Part shown: positions 39,011 through 52,314 of the stretch, piece by piece
Position numbering within the stretch: position 1 is the stretch's first letter
Layout of the letters: every line of letters starts with the position of its first letter
Assembly (NCBI GenBank): GCA_053919585.1
Contig: CM132806.1
Origin: Euprymna scolopes
Taxonomy: Eukaryota
Reading direction: 5' to 3' (one strand)
DNA length: 64,000 bases
Made by a program: the position numbers and the translations under genes
Notes under the pieces: generated by a model
What the model saw: the letters and a program-made list of their open reading frames with translations, nothing else
Databases searched by the model: none
What the model was told of the DNA's origin: nothing

Positions 39011-39902
39011 CGTTTTTTTCTTTTTGGTGTATTGATATTCATATTAAAAAAACCTGTTCTACTTATTTAAACAGAAAATACAATTTTCTTATATATGGGT
39101 TGTACAATTGCATCCATCTGCAAAAGATCTAGCTAATTTGCATATTCTTTTAAACATTCATTTTAATTAATTCCCTATTAGTTTTTTCGGTTTTCTAATG
39201 GGATGATCATCTTTAGTTAACTATTGCGTGTAATTATATTCATGCAGATATTCTACATGATTTATCTTCGCAAAATGTTTGCGTAAAATCTTTACAGGAA
39301 ACACAAAATTGTTTCCATATATATTTATGTATACGTATATATTTTTGTTGCACAAATTTTGCCTACCAAATTCCTCCTAGAGTTTTTGGTCTACAGACAT
39401 GAAACTTCATATATAGCGTATTTGAATCTATGCAAAATTTTATATTTGGGTTTTAGCCCGGAAAAAATCGGTGCAAAAGTGTGAAAATTGAAAAAAATGA
39501 AATTTGCCTGGTGAAGGTCGAACGCCGCCATTACGAATGCATAACGTAGTTGATATTGGTTTTAATTTTTAGCCTTGCAGTAAACATGTTTTCATAGTCC
39601 AGTCATTTACGGCAGAGGCAAAATAAATCGTGAGCTGAAAGTTTTGGTCTCGATTCTCGGTGGTGGCGCATGAGTCTTTTTTTTTTAATACTTTTTAAAT
39701 CATTACTATATATTGCATCCAATCTATCTATCTATTTATATATCTATAAAAGTGAAAATGTCTATCTGTTTTTTCTTTATGGTAGTTAAGGAAGACTATT
39801 ATACAGAAATACATTACTTACATAATCACACTTTTTAATATATACATATGCACATAACCTTATGAACAGTACATAGGGCCCGAGCTAAGCCGGGCGGAAC
39901 TG

Positions 39903-39910
<8 letters not shown>
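39005..39910 (+). mobile_element. Non-autonomous Helitron-like repeats
   Basis: 39005-39670 is homologous to 47655-48310; 39840-39908 is a 3' end of the 10020-10083 family. Confidence 0.7.
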
Positions 39911-39961
<51 letters not shown>

Positions 39962-41949
39962 TTACTGTGTCTTCATAAAAGAAAAAGAAAACGAAGGGGA
40001 GATATAAAAAACGAAAAGACATTTTCGATTTTGTTTATATTTATATTAACTGGCTTTACAAACTCACTTTATTTTCAGATTCAAATAATCTAAGCCGAGC
40101 TCAGTGGGTGACATTCGTTCTAGTTTCTTTACAGATGAATCATATGAATTAATCTGACATAATGCTTATAAAATCGGCACGTCTTGTCATGAAATTGATA
40201 ATTTCAAAGTGCATGTGACATGCGGATAGGACGAAACCCTTTTCAGTATGATACATCTAAAATTAGGTGCGTTCTTTAAATCTGCCCATTCGGTGATGAA
40301 AATGTTATTGCAACCTTAAGCGTGACGCATCAGTTGATCGACAGATAAAACATCGCATTTAAATTAGTGGACGCATGTCAAACAAGGACAAAAAAAAAAC
40401 TCAAAAAGCTTGTTTTGGGGTCAACAGTAAATTTAGTTTATTTTTGTTGCTTGTGGTGGTCGTCGTCGTCGCCGTCGTCGTGTTGTTATCGCTGGTCGTG
40501 GTTGTTGTTGTCGTCGTAATGATAACACTTTATTTTCCCGCTTATTTCAACACGTGTTGATTTCCCCACAGCAAAAGAAAAATAATTCTAATTAACGAAA
40601 TATTGAACTCCTAATCGATACAGTTCAATGCGATATCTGCTTATTTAGATAAATGTTCTGCGTTAAGTGTACCTTGCATCGCCATATGAAACTTTCCCTT
40701 TTTAATAATGAGTCCCTGATTATTAAGGCGAAAAGTCACTCGAGGATGAGATTTAATGAGAAGTATAGTCGGTCCAATGTTGAATATAGTGAGTGAGGAG
40801 ACATGTTGTCACCCAGATTCTAGGGAATACCACTGGTTATTATCTATGAGTAATCACTGATGATGACATGATGAGAACTCCTAGTGAGTACTACTAATAA
40901 TACTAACATTACTGATACCTCTACTANNNNNNNNNNNNNNNNNNNNNNNNNNNNNNNNNNNNNNNNNNNNNNNNNNNNNNNNNNNNNNNNNNNNNNNNNN
41001 NNNNNNNNNNNNNNNNNNNNNNNNNNNNNNNNNNNNNNNNNNNNNNNNNNNNNNNNNNNNNNNNNNNNNNNNNNNNNNNNNNNNNNNNNNNNNNNNNNNN
41101 NNNNNNNNNNNNNNNCTAATACTAATAATAATACTGCTACTACTACTATTACTAATACTACTACTAATAATAATAATAATAAAACTAATACTACTACTAC
41201 TAATAATAATAATAATAATAATGCACTGACGCAATTTCATGTTCGTACGTATGCTATCGCCCTCCCATTTTTTAGCAAAATCGAATCGCCCGATTCCCAA
41301 AGTTACTTATGTTGCCGTGCTATTTTTTTAAATCGTATTTTTAAGTTAAATTCATGTTTTACGATGTTTTTTAATTAAATTATTAGGTGAAAGTACAAAA
41401 TAGTTTTAAAAAAAATAACTCCCTCCCCCATGTTAAGAATGACTTTCTAATAATAACATTACTATTTTAGCACGGTAACATAACTGCATAAGTACCGTTT
41501 TTTTTTATTATCCGTTATCTGATTCGTAGTGGTGTCGAAAATTTAATATCACTCAAATGCACTTCTTTGACTACTGTTCTGATTAAATATGGTATAATAA
41601 CATCATCGAGACTGTATTCGTGCTGGACGTCCATAAGATGGAAATATGTCACAAATTCCTACAAAAGCTTTTAGAGATATATGCCCATAACCAGATATAA
41701 TCTGATACTACTTTACCAGAGTATGTAGCCAAGTTTCAGTTTGAACAAAGATTATACAGTCGTGGGGGTCCGCTTTCGCGCTGGACGTCCATATAATGGA
41801 CATATGTGCTTCAAGAGTTTTGGAAACCCTTCTAAGCACAGCAGAAATATGCTATAAATGGCGTATACAACTGTCGGCATTCGACGTGTTTTACCATTGT
41901 TTAGTATTATGAAAGGATTATAAAAAAAATAACACAATTTAGTTATTTA

Positions 41950-42560
41950 CAGCGTGGAACAATAAAGTTGTCACCCTAAAGAAAACAACACTACAGCTTT
42001 ATTTTAAAACCTATTAGTGAAAAATCAATTCAGGTAACTTGATTATATAGTAGAGCTGACATCTATTAATGTAGCCGCCTTCAGCCTCAATCACCGCCTC
42101 AATACGTGCCCGGAACTGGGAACATGCCTTTTCCACAAGCGCCGGCGGGAGCTCAGCGAATACTCGGCGGATGGTGGCGATCAGACTGGCTTTGGTGTTG
42201 TTGGCAAGCCATGCTGATTATGTTCTCGACGTATTTCAGCGGGTTTAGGTTGGGGAGGAATGGGGCCATAAAGATACAAAGTCATAGCACTCCTTCAAAC
42301 CTTTTGACTTGTGGGCCGGCGCCGATTCTTGCTTCCACACCCAGGGTCTGCCAGCGGCCACCTGATTGCACCAGGGGATCACCACACTCTTCAGCACATC
42401 TAGATATACTTTGGTGTTGATTTTCAAGCCGACTTCGAAGATGTGAGGCAGCTTGATGTGGCCTTCACTTGAAACCACACCAAAGACAATAACCGTGGCC
42501 GGAATATTTGTTTTCATTACGCTTGACACGTGCCTATTATTTGTTGCAATCTAGCGATGC
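41950..42560 (-). mobile_element. Tc1/mariner (maT/DD37D-like) transposase 3' half with TIR
   Basis: VIVFGVVSSEG...YLDVLKSVVIPW...WKQESAPAHKS...WPHSSP; TA + CAGCGTGGAACAATAAAG terminus. Confidence 0.85.
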
Positions 42561-45169
42561 ATGATGGGGGTACTGGCAATGATTTTGTTGTCATAACTTG
42601 AACGGTAGTGATCATGAGTTGTACAGTGGTGAATCTCCGATCTCGTTCGTTGGAAATTGTGTCAGTTTCAGACATAATAAAAGGCTCTTATCGCTCTTGG
42701 GATTTGTTCATAACTAGCCAACTAGTAGATAGTCTGCAACAAAAAAAAGAAAACCGGTTTTCATCAAACGGAAATGGAATCATGTCGTCGTTTCCAGGGC
42801 GACATTTTTATCGTTCCACCTCGTAGTTCGAGAATTGTATCAGAAGTCGAATGGTTGCTGGAGAGGTAGGATGAACAAACCATTTTTTTTCAGTAATTTT
42901 AGAAATTGTTTTTATGTCTTTTGAATACTTTTCCAGAACCCAACCCAATTTACGGCGATTTCACGTCGACACCGTTCGGCATGGTTACGCAAACAACCGG
43001 AAAAAAAAAACGACGCGAAGACTGCCAGAGACAATAAATCAAATAGTATAACAATCGCTGAAAACAAACAGTAAAACAAGAAAAAAATGTTCATAAGTTA
43101 AATTGTATGAACGGAAAACTTTTATTTCAAGAAATTTATATTATTTTTTTTTTAATAAAATTCAGAATTTCGTTGAAACTTGTTGTCTACTGATAGCTGA
43201 TTGCTTACTTGCTAATCGCGTCGGCTACTTACCGTAACTTGTCCGAAGATGTTGACTTCAGCTTCTTTATAATTTTTTTATGCAAATCGCTCCAGACAAT
43301 GCATAAATCTACTTGATGTGAGGAGACAAAAAGATTACTTAAAAATTGAAAACTATTCATCAATAATTGTTTGATAGATACATTCCGACCCAGAATACAG
43401 CAATACTTCCTGCTTTAGTAAAAGTAAAGCTGCGGAATGTGAGGACTAAAGTATGAAATAAGAAACGAGAGTTATGAGAGTGCGAAAGAAAACCTCAAGT
43501 CACTTTATTCGTCGATTCCTTTGTATAATACAACCCTCAGTGCATTGGGTTGGTAACTAAGAGAACCATACATTTCAATTGAGGCAAAACGACGATCCGA
43601 GCATTTGTGGTGGAAAGAGAGAAGTTTGATTTTAGTCGTGTTAAAATTAACAAGCTTAAGTCAGTCACGTTTAAGATTGAAAAAAATACGTTTTAGACGC
43701 TCCCCCAGTAACTCCAGACATGTTTATGTGTGTCCATAGGTCATGCTTAAATTTGTGACAGCATTCTTCCGCGTTAAAAGCACAGATTGGATGAACGTGT
43801 CTATGAAATAACGTTTTTGTTTTTTCTACTTTTGGTTCACCAAATTCTATTGTTTGCTTCCGACAATTTACAAACAGACCTCATAACGCGTGTGGGTTAA
43901 TAGGTGAATACGTTGTTAATTGAAACCACTTTCAACGTTGTGTGATAATTGAGAAATTTACACGTGTTGAAATAATGAGTTGGAAAAAATACGGTGCGAT
44001 TGACACTCGTCAAATGTCAGCCGAGAAACTCTCAATTACACTTCGCCTTTCTATTAAACGGCTGAGCATGTGTGAAATGGTCAAACCCCATGGATTTCTC
44101 GGACTTTCTCCACTTTTGCAAGACACCTTTTGATTTCGACGCGTGCAATCAACATTAATGCATTGTGTTAGAAATATTTTGGTGAACCTTTACTCGAATC
44201 ACCTGGCATATATCAAACGAAGAATTGACCCAACGTATCAAATTTATTTTTATTTATTTTTTTATGGAAATCGCTCCTAACAAGGCATAAAGCTACTTGA
44301 TGCAAGGAGCTAAAAAATACTTCAAAGTTAATATCTAGCCAATAATTAGTGTTTGATCCTGACACCAAACCAGCAATTCTTTAACTTAAAGCTTACTAGG
44401 TTATAGGCAGTAGGGAATCACTCCCGGTGCATTGTGTTATACAGATGGAGAGATATTTAAATAGGCTTCGTTCACGAAAGTTTTGTTTGCTTCGAGTTAC
44501 ACAGGAAGAATTGAAAGATTATTGTACGAATGGTAGCTAGACAAGTACTCGTGAAGATTTTACTGGACGAAATCATGTATTGTAGTTTAGTATAGCACAT
44601 ACAATAAAATTCACAATAAAGTAATAAACTATCGTGGGAGAAAAACAACAAAAGGCAACGTTATCATTTAGCTTGAGTTTAATGCAATACGCGATAAACA
44701 TTATTTAAGTCATTACCTTCACATAAAAAGCGCTGCGTTACCTTGCAGTAATATCTTTGTCTCTTGATTCTCTCTCTCTCTCTTTTATTAAATTACTTTG
44801 TTTCACTAGTCTATATAAGATGAGGTGTGCACGATGACAAGCAAACAGCATAATAATATCATCATTAGACTTTTAGTATAATGTATATAGACATATATAT
44901 AGACATATATATATAGATAGATATATATATAGACATATATATATATAATAAATAAATGACAAAAGTCTATATTCCAAATTTCAAGAAGTTGACCATCTCA
45001 CAATTTAATCCATTTAAATATGTTGACATGCACAATTCTTGGCAGCATCTGTTTCGTAGCGCAAAATCACTCATTTCTGAGGAGTTAAAGGCAGAGTAGA
45101 TTCATTAATCGATATAATAAATTAATGAACGATTTTGTGCTACGAAACAGGTGCTGTTAAGAATTGTGC

Positions 45170-45500
45170 ATTCGTAACCTTTCGTCGATTGGACAACGAT
45201 TGAAGCCTACTTGACAGTGCGGAACCTATTAGGTTAGCGACTCTCTTTTGACTCTCTCTGTCAAAGAATGAGAGACTAGTAGCAGATGGACCAGCCCAAA
45301 TGAGGCAGCAATACTCTATACATGGGCGAGTTGAAGTACAGGATACTCTCAAGCGTAAGTAACTTTCTGGCACGGTAGAGATAGCCCAGGTTCTTTACAG
45401 CAGCCTTGGCAATGTCCTCAATGTATCTGTTCCAACTCGTGTTTCGCTGTGAATGTCAAGCTGAGGAGCTTGAACAAAGTATTTTCGGGTAATGTATTAT
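45170..45500 (-). mobile_element. CR1-group LINE ORF2 fragment
   Basis: RPCIEYCCLIWAG..SLSFFDR..QKRVANLIG...LQSLSNRRKV. Confidence 0.75.
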
Positions 45501-45544
45501 TAACCGTAGTTATTATTGGTTGTGAAGGTCTCTTATAGCTAGTA

Positions 45545-45935
45545 AAAAAATCAATTCAGGTAACTTGATTATGTAGTAAAACTGACATCTATTCAATGTA
45601 GCCGCCTTCAGCCTCAATCACAGTCCCGATACAGGTCCAGAATTGGGGGCATGCCTTTTTCACAAGTGCCGGCGGGAGCTCGGCCAATACTTGGCGGATG
45701 GTGGTGATTAGGCTGAATTTGTTATTGTAGGAGGTCATGGTGGTAATGTTCTCGACGTATGACCAAACGAAGTAGTTCAGCGGGTTCTGATCGGAGGAGC
45801 AGGTGGCCAGTGAGAGAAGAGCACAAAGTCGTAGCTCTCCTTCTGAAGTCAAGCCTGGGTCTCTTTGGACTTGTGGGCCGGATCTGAGTTCTGCTACCAC
45901 ATCCAGGGTCTGCCAGCGGCCACCTGATTGCACCA
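45545..45935 (-). mobile_element. Second maT-like transposase C-terminal fragment
   Basis: SDQNPLNYFVWSYVE...VIEAEGGYIE*; homologous to 42015-42375. Confidence 0.85.
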
Positions 45936-46009
45936 GAAATTGATGAAGATTCTCAGCCTATGAAACCAACATAACCCAACTTTTGACAACTGTATGAGTC
46001 GATATGGTT

Positions 46010-46570
46010 TTATATATTATTTTTTATTGGAATAATTTGAGATAAGTAATTTGTATATTTATTTGCGGAATGTTATCCTCATCTTCATAGTTGTGTTGTT
46101 TCACCCCGTTTCGACCAACTTTACCATCTGAAGAAGGCCAGAGGAATAGTTAGTCGAAACGTCGTGAAACATCTATGAAGATGCGTATAACAGTCCGCAA
46201 ATAGATAAATTAATAAATTAATTAATTTTCATCTTAAAGGATTAAAATAGTTAAATCATATACAATACCATTCAGTACGTACCCGACGATGGAAGACCAG
46301 ATAAGAACGAAAACTTGGATTTGTGATTAAAGAATCCAACGTTGATCGTCCCTTCGAAAAGTAGGTCAGAAGATTGGTTGTCCAAAACATGGTGAGATAA
46401 CAACAACTATGGAAGGCAGTAATTACTGGGGATACTGTTAAGAGACTCGGCATTCTTATTCCGTCGTGGTTAACTACGTGAAGATGGCTAGAGGAATAGT
46501 TGACCGAAACGTGGTGAAACAACTATGAAGATGAGGATAACAGTCAGCAAAAAAAAAGCGAATAAATATA
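46010..46570 (+). mobile_element. Older composite insertion (inverted + tandem units) of the hammerhead element family, with TSD
   Basis: Palindrome ~46010-46250 with cat CTGAAGA a ggcca..tagtc GAAAC GTC gtg (46125-46166); longer unit ~46255-46560 homologous to the 60 kb element; TSD TCGATA(T/C)GGTT at 45999-46009 and 46571-46581. Confidence 0.8.
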
Positions 46571-47654
46571 TCGATACGGTTGATTTGGTTTTATTGCATT
46601 AATTACTACAGCAGACCATCTCGGAAAAAATATGAAGGGCACAAATGCCGCAAGTTCGTTGGAACTCATCATGTGCTTGTACAACCTGGATACAACATTG
46701 CAGAAAGATACAAGAAAAATAACTTTCAATTTGATCTTAGAATTAAGAACCTATTTTTTCATACGAGTGATTCGGAATTTTTTCATACGAGTGATTCGGA
46801 ATAAAAAAAAATAAAACCAGCTTATACAAATAAATATGGAAAAGAGACCTTCGTCTAATTAGGTTTCTTACGAAGTTCTCATCCTACGAAACTGACACAA
46901 CTCAACCTTTGAAAACTGTATGAATCGATGTGGTTGGTTTCGTTTTATTGCATTAACTGCTACAGCAGACCATCTCCATCGAAGCGATTCCTTGATTCAA
47001 AAGTAACTAGCGTCGGACAATGATGTGCTTTCTAGATTATGTAAAACAGTTTTTGATTAAGCAAAACACAAATGGGAGAAATGCATTTCGAAGATATTAA
47101 CACACAACTAATAAATTTATGTTTGAAGTTCTTTATATCTTCAAATATTAATTTATAGTGTTTTGTTTGGTTGCTTTGTAGAGAACATTGTTGTTGTTTT
47201 TTTTGTTTGTTTTTTTTGGGGGGGGTTTGGTTTTGCAGAACATAAGTTTTACAAAGAGAAATCGAAAGAACAATAGCATCGATGTTTGGTGCATTTTGAG
47301 CCAGGACGTCAGTATCTACAGACAACCTAATCAGCTAGTTCCAGATTAACTTAGGGGTTTACCTATTAATAAGGCTATTTAAAACATTCGTGTGATAGAC
47401 CGACTAAAATATAAAGGCTTTTTATAAAGATTTTTGGGTCTGTTTTAAATACAACCCTTCTATTCCATCTGCTCGTTAAGCGCCATGATCGAATGACGGA
47501 CCGAAAGACAAAAGACCTTTTTCAGGTCATGAATGCATCATTTTAGTCATCATTAACAATGCAATTTGTAATCTCCTATTATCCATTCGGGTTGAATAAA
47601 AATAGAAGACATTACTTTGGGAACAGCCCTCTTAAATAACAATCTAGACTCTTA

Positions 47655-48381
47655 TGAATGTTTTTTTGTATTGATATTCGCATTAAAACCCCTTTTTCCT
47701 ATTTATTTAAAAAGAAAATACAACTTTGTTATGTATGGGTCGTGGAATTGAATTTATTTGTAAAATATTTAGCTAATTTGCATATTATTTTAAACGTTCA
47801 TTTTAATTAATTCCATATTAGTTTTTTTTTAGTTTTTTATGGGATGATCATCTTTAGTTAACTATTACGTGTAATTATATTCATGCAGATATTCTATATG
47901 TTTTATACTTGTGTAATATTTGCGTAAAAAGGTTATAGTAAACACAAGCCTCTGTCTATATATATGTATGTATTTGTTTTAAAAAAATTGCCTACCAAAC
48001 TCTTCTGTCCGTTTTAGGTCTACAGACATGAAACTTAATATATAGGGTATTCGAACCTGACCGAAATTTTATATTTGGATTTTAAATGGGGAAAATCGGT
48101 GCAGAAGTGTGAAAATTTAAAATAATGGAATTTGCAAGATGAAGGTCGAACGACGGCATTTCCAATATGCATGCGTAGCGTAGTTGCTATTGGTTCATGG
48201 TTTAATTTTTAGCTTTGCAGCAAACATGTTTTCATAGCTCAGACATTAACGTCAAAGGAAAAAATAAATCGTAAGCTAAACGTTTTGGTTTAGATTCTCA
48301 GTGGTGGCGCAAAATCTGCATTAATCAAAATATCATACTTAAGCGTATTTTACGACCGGGCAATGCCGGGCAGCTTTCTAG
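47655..48381 (+). mobile_element. Non-autonomous Helitron
   Basis: Ends CCGGGCAATGCCGGGCAGCTTTCTAG; body homologous to 39005-39670. Confidence 0.75.
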
Positions 48382-48682
48382 TCAAATAATAAAATAACAT
48401 TTCAATATGTAAAGCTTGGAAATAACAAAGAAAGAACACGTCTCAAATTGGAAAATTAAAAGGAAAAAAGCGTATAAATCAGCATTAACACAAGAAAGGG
48501 AAAAAGAAAGAAATGTCTCATAAAAATAATTTTTTTCTGAATGTAATTAAGACTGTGCGATGTTTTTCGACTTGATGTTCACAATTTTCCTCCATCTAAG
48601 AACTGGGAATGTTTGCATCCATCAGTTTTGTACTCGCTGTACAGTGTGAAATTGTTTTATTAAGTCACTGTTGCTCTATAAT

Positions 48683-49339
48683 ATTACTTACGTTAAGAAT
48701 AAGTAGGTTTGAAAACAATTTTTTTATCGTGTCAAGCTGGCCTAATGGTTATGGTACTTGACTCACCGTCTTTAGGTTTTGATTACGATTTCAGCTCGAG
48801 TATTTTTTTTTTACTTATAAAAAGTCAATTGTTAAAAAAAAATAATACTCGCATGCGCATGTCTCATTTTCTTTCGTTTTTTTTTTAACTTCAACGCTGG
48901 GAAGATCTTCCAGTATACTATATAATTTATATAATACAGAGCCAAAAACTCATTTTATATATTATAAAACATTTCTAAATGGATCACAAACGTTGATTAC
49001 TTATTCCTAAATCCAATAAAGTTTGGCAAAAAGATAAAGAATGATTGAAATGTGTTGAAATGTTAAACTATGACTAAAATGGTTGTGCGTGAAGTTTTTT
49101 TTAAAGAATCATAGAACCTCCTTTAAATCCGGGGTTCTCCTTTTCGGTTAAATGTTTGGTCGCTTGAATGTATACAAGTACGGAGTTCAACCATTTATTC
49201 ATAGTTTAGCAAACAAAAATACTCGAGCTGAAATCGTAATCAAAACCTAAAGACGATAAGTCAAGTACCATAACCATTAGGCCAGCTTAACAAGATTTAA
49301 AAAGTGTTTTCAAGCCTACTTATTCTTAACATAAGTAAT
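48683..49339. mobile_element. Foldback element with ~125-bp inverted arms containing tRNA-like heads
   Basis: 48683-48808 is the reverse complement of 49215-49339; arms include TGGCCTAATGG (A-box) and a decayed B-box. Confidence 0.7.
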
Positions 49340-49359
49340 CTGTCATGTGAACGATTCAC

Positions 49360-49608
49360 GCATACGCAGTCGTGAAACAATTGACACATAGATAAAACCC
49401 CGATGACCCTCACGTAACAATTTTTTAAAACTTTGACCCCTTGGCAATTATTTTCCCCGGATGAAAACCGATTAAAAAAGTTTTCCACATGTCTGAATAC
49501 TCTATGTACCAAATTTCAAGTTTGTATATCAAAAATTTGTTGAATATATAGGTTGAGTAGTGTCCTTACACACACACACACATTCTCACTTTTATAGATT
49601 TATAGATA
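49360..49608 (-). mobile_element. Non-autonomous Helitron 5' portion; second copy at ~50320-50555
   Basis: Minus strand begins TCTATAAATCTATAAAGTGAGAATGTGTGTG; duplicate about 950 bp downstream. Confidence 0.6.
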
Positions 49609-49916
49609 ATGTTTATTTTATTTCATATTTGTTTTTTTAACTTTCACATGATTAAAATAGAATTAAATACATATTGAACGTGTGTGTCAAATATTGTTTA
49701 AGAAAAGAAAAGGTAAGAATAAGTAACATAAGGGAATTCTCCCTTTTAGGACAAGTTAGTGTTAAGAGCAGAGTATACCGGAAGTTTCGTCAAGGAAGTG
49801 GGTGAGTGGCACAGGAACGAGATGGATTCTGTTTGTTCGATGCTTGATCTCAAGGTGAACTGATGTCTGTTCGATCGAAGAAGATAGAAGGTTTAATCGG
49901 CTGAAATGTTGTGAGA

Positions 49917-50052
49917 TCATCATCATCATCGTTATCATTATAATTATCATCATTATCGACATCCTCAACATCATCGTCGTCGTCATCAGCATCATCATCA
50001 TCATCATCGTCATCATCATCAACATCATTGTTGTCGTCGTCATTATCATAGT
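49917..50052. repeat. (CAT)n/(CGT)n microsatellite
   Basis: Direct reading. Confidence 0.9.
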
Positions 50053-50771
50053 AATGTTGGATCCATATTTAAGCATCAAATTTACAGTTCATCAAATCTT
50101 AGCACAAGTTGATCCGTCACTGCAATCCCTAAGGAGCTATTCCATTGTCTGAGATTTCCACAAGAGCAGTTATCTATCCCCTACCGTGGCTGTTACTGCC
50201 TGTCCGCCCAGTAGTAAATCTTCACTTTCTACTTCTACTCTTAAACTGCGGGTAAAAAAAACGAAAGCTTACAGGTAACAATAATCGAAATAATACTAAC
50301 AATTATATATTAATTAGCAGGTATGCGTAGTCGTGAAACAGTAGAAAACCGATAAAAATCCTATCACCGCCCACGCACCAATTTTTCAATTATGACTCCC
50401 TAGCAACCCTATTTCTCCGGATGAAAACCGAGTAAAAAGTTTTCTACATGTCTGATTGTCCTATATACTAAATTGCAATTCTGTAGATCTAAAATCTGTT
50501 GAGTATATAGGTTGAGAAGTGCCTCACACACATGTGTTCTTACTTTTTAAGATGTATATTATATACAGTATAAAAACATTGTTATAAATAATGTTTTCTA
50601 GTTTTACTTGTTTATGTTCAGTAATAAACATTCAAAACCTAAACCAATTAAACACCGAAAACTTTGCCGAAAATCATGTTTGGTTTATAGCATTTTTTTT
50701 ACATCATATCACCCATTTGCAAGTTATTCAATTCCAATTTTGGGAAAAGTTTAATGCTTTGTATTTTCAAG

Positions 50772-51131
50772 TACGAAGAACGTTCCAAAAGTAATGCCTC
50801 CTGTTTTTTTTATTCTATTGCAAATTGGATTGCAAATTGCGTTGTTATGATGACTGAACTTATGCATTCATGGCATTAACGCCTCATCCTTATGTTACAG
50901 ATATTGACGATGTGAGACTCTAATGTCGTGGATGTGCGTCAGAAGCAGAGATGCGTTATTGCATTGTTGGCAAAAGTGCATTGAGAATGTTGGTGACTAT
51001 ATAGAAAAATTAATTCTGGAGCACAAATAGTCGCTTGTTTTAATGACCCCTGCTCCCGTCTTCGTAACTCTTCATTTTTTTTTTTTTTTAGTTAAAAAAT
51101 AGGAGGCTTTATTTTACGATTGACCTTCGTA
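50772..51131 (+). mobile_element. mariner deletion derivative with both TIRs
   Basis: TA-CGAAG..AAAAGTAATGCCTCC / GGAGGC..ATTTT..CTTCG-TA; N-terminal DVRQKQRCVI fused to C-terminal WQKCIENVGDYIEK. Confidence 0.8.
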
Positions 51132-51828
51132 TGAGAAAGTGCGTCCTGGATGCCCACACAATCTTCTAGAAAAGGTGCATTGAGAATGTATGTACGTAGA
51201 AAAATGATACCAAAAGGGCGCTTGTTTTAATGCTACCACTATCTTTTTTTTTACTTGGTTATGAACCAATGAAACACTTTTCATCAACATTTTTTGTTTG
51301 TTTTGTTTTACTTCAAATTAACCATTTTCGATTATTTAATATCGAATCCAGTGATTTTGAAAAGAGGTGTTCTGCTTCAAATTCTCTATATCTTCAAGTA
51401 TTTATTCATGGTGTTTGGTTTGATTGTTTTGTTTTCAGGTATATCAGCTGCTTTCGATGTCTATTAACCACTTTAGATTATATAATGCTGAATCCAGTTA
51501 TTTTAGAAAAGAAGTTTTTATGCTCCAAGTTCTTTATATTTTCAAATATTTATTCATGAAATTTGGTTTGGTTGTTTTGTAGAGTAAAACTGATTTGTGT
51601 GTGTGTGTGTGTGTGTTTTGTTTTTGTTTTTATTACCTTACTGAAAATGATTGAGTTTTGTCAAAAGAAAGAAAACATAAGACCAATATTTAGTGCATTT
51701 TAGATCAGGGAGTCAATATCTTCAGATAGCCTGATCTGGTAACACCAGATGCGGTAAACAACGATAAGAAATGTCTGTGAAACAAAGCAAAATATCAGAG
51801 CGTCTAAAAAGAAAATTATAAGTTTTAT

Positions 51829-52314
51829 CGGTAGTGGTGCATATTGTGAACCAGGCGTATCTCAGCATTCGTTCGGCTTTGGTTGGAACATCACATGAAC
51901 AGCCGGGTTATGCCGAGCATTGCCGATAAAATCATAACAGTGCTATGTAAAAGAAAATAATAAAATAATAAATGTAAAATGTAGAAATAAAAACAAAAAC
52001 GACCTGCCATAATTTCGTGTTTTATTATTCATTTTTTTTAAATGATAACTGTCAAGAAAACGTTAGAAGAAGTAAAAGATAATTTAAGCAAAATGTTTTT
52101 TAAAAACAAGTTTGAAAGAAAATTTGTTGTTTGTTTTTATTATAAAAAACGTTGTAATTCAGCGCGCCGTGTTAAAATTAGCTGATCGGCGTGTTACATC
52201 AGGAAGCAGGTAAACCCGAACTGTTGCTCGGTATGATTCGGCTGTTTACTTCATGTTCTGGCAAAACCGAGCGAATGCTGAGATATGTCTGGTTTACAAT
52301 ATACACCAGTACCG
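51829..52314. mobile_element. MITE with ~90-bp TIRs
   Basis: CGGTAGTGGTGCATATTGTGAACCAGGCGTATCTCAGCATTCG... / ...CGAATGCTGAGATATGTCTGGTTTACAATATACACCAGTACCG; TTTTAT on both flanks. Confidence 0.85.
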
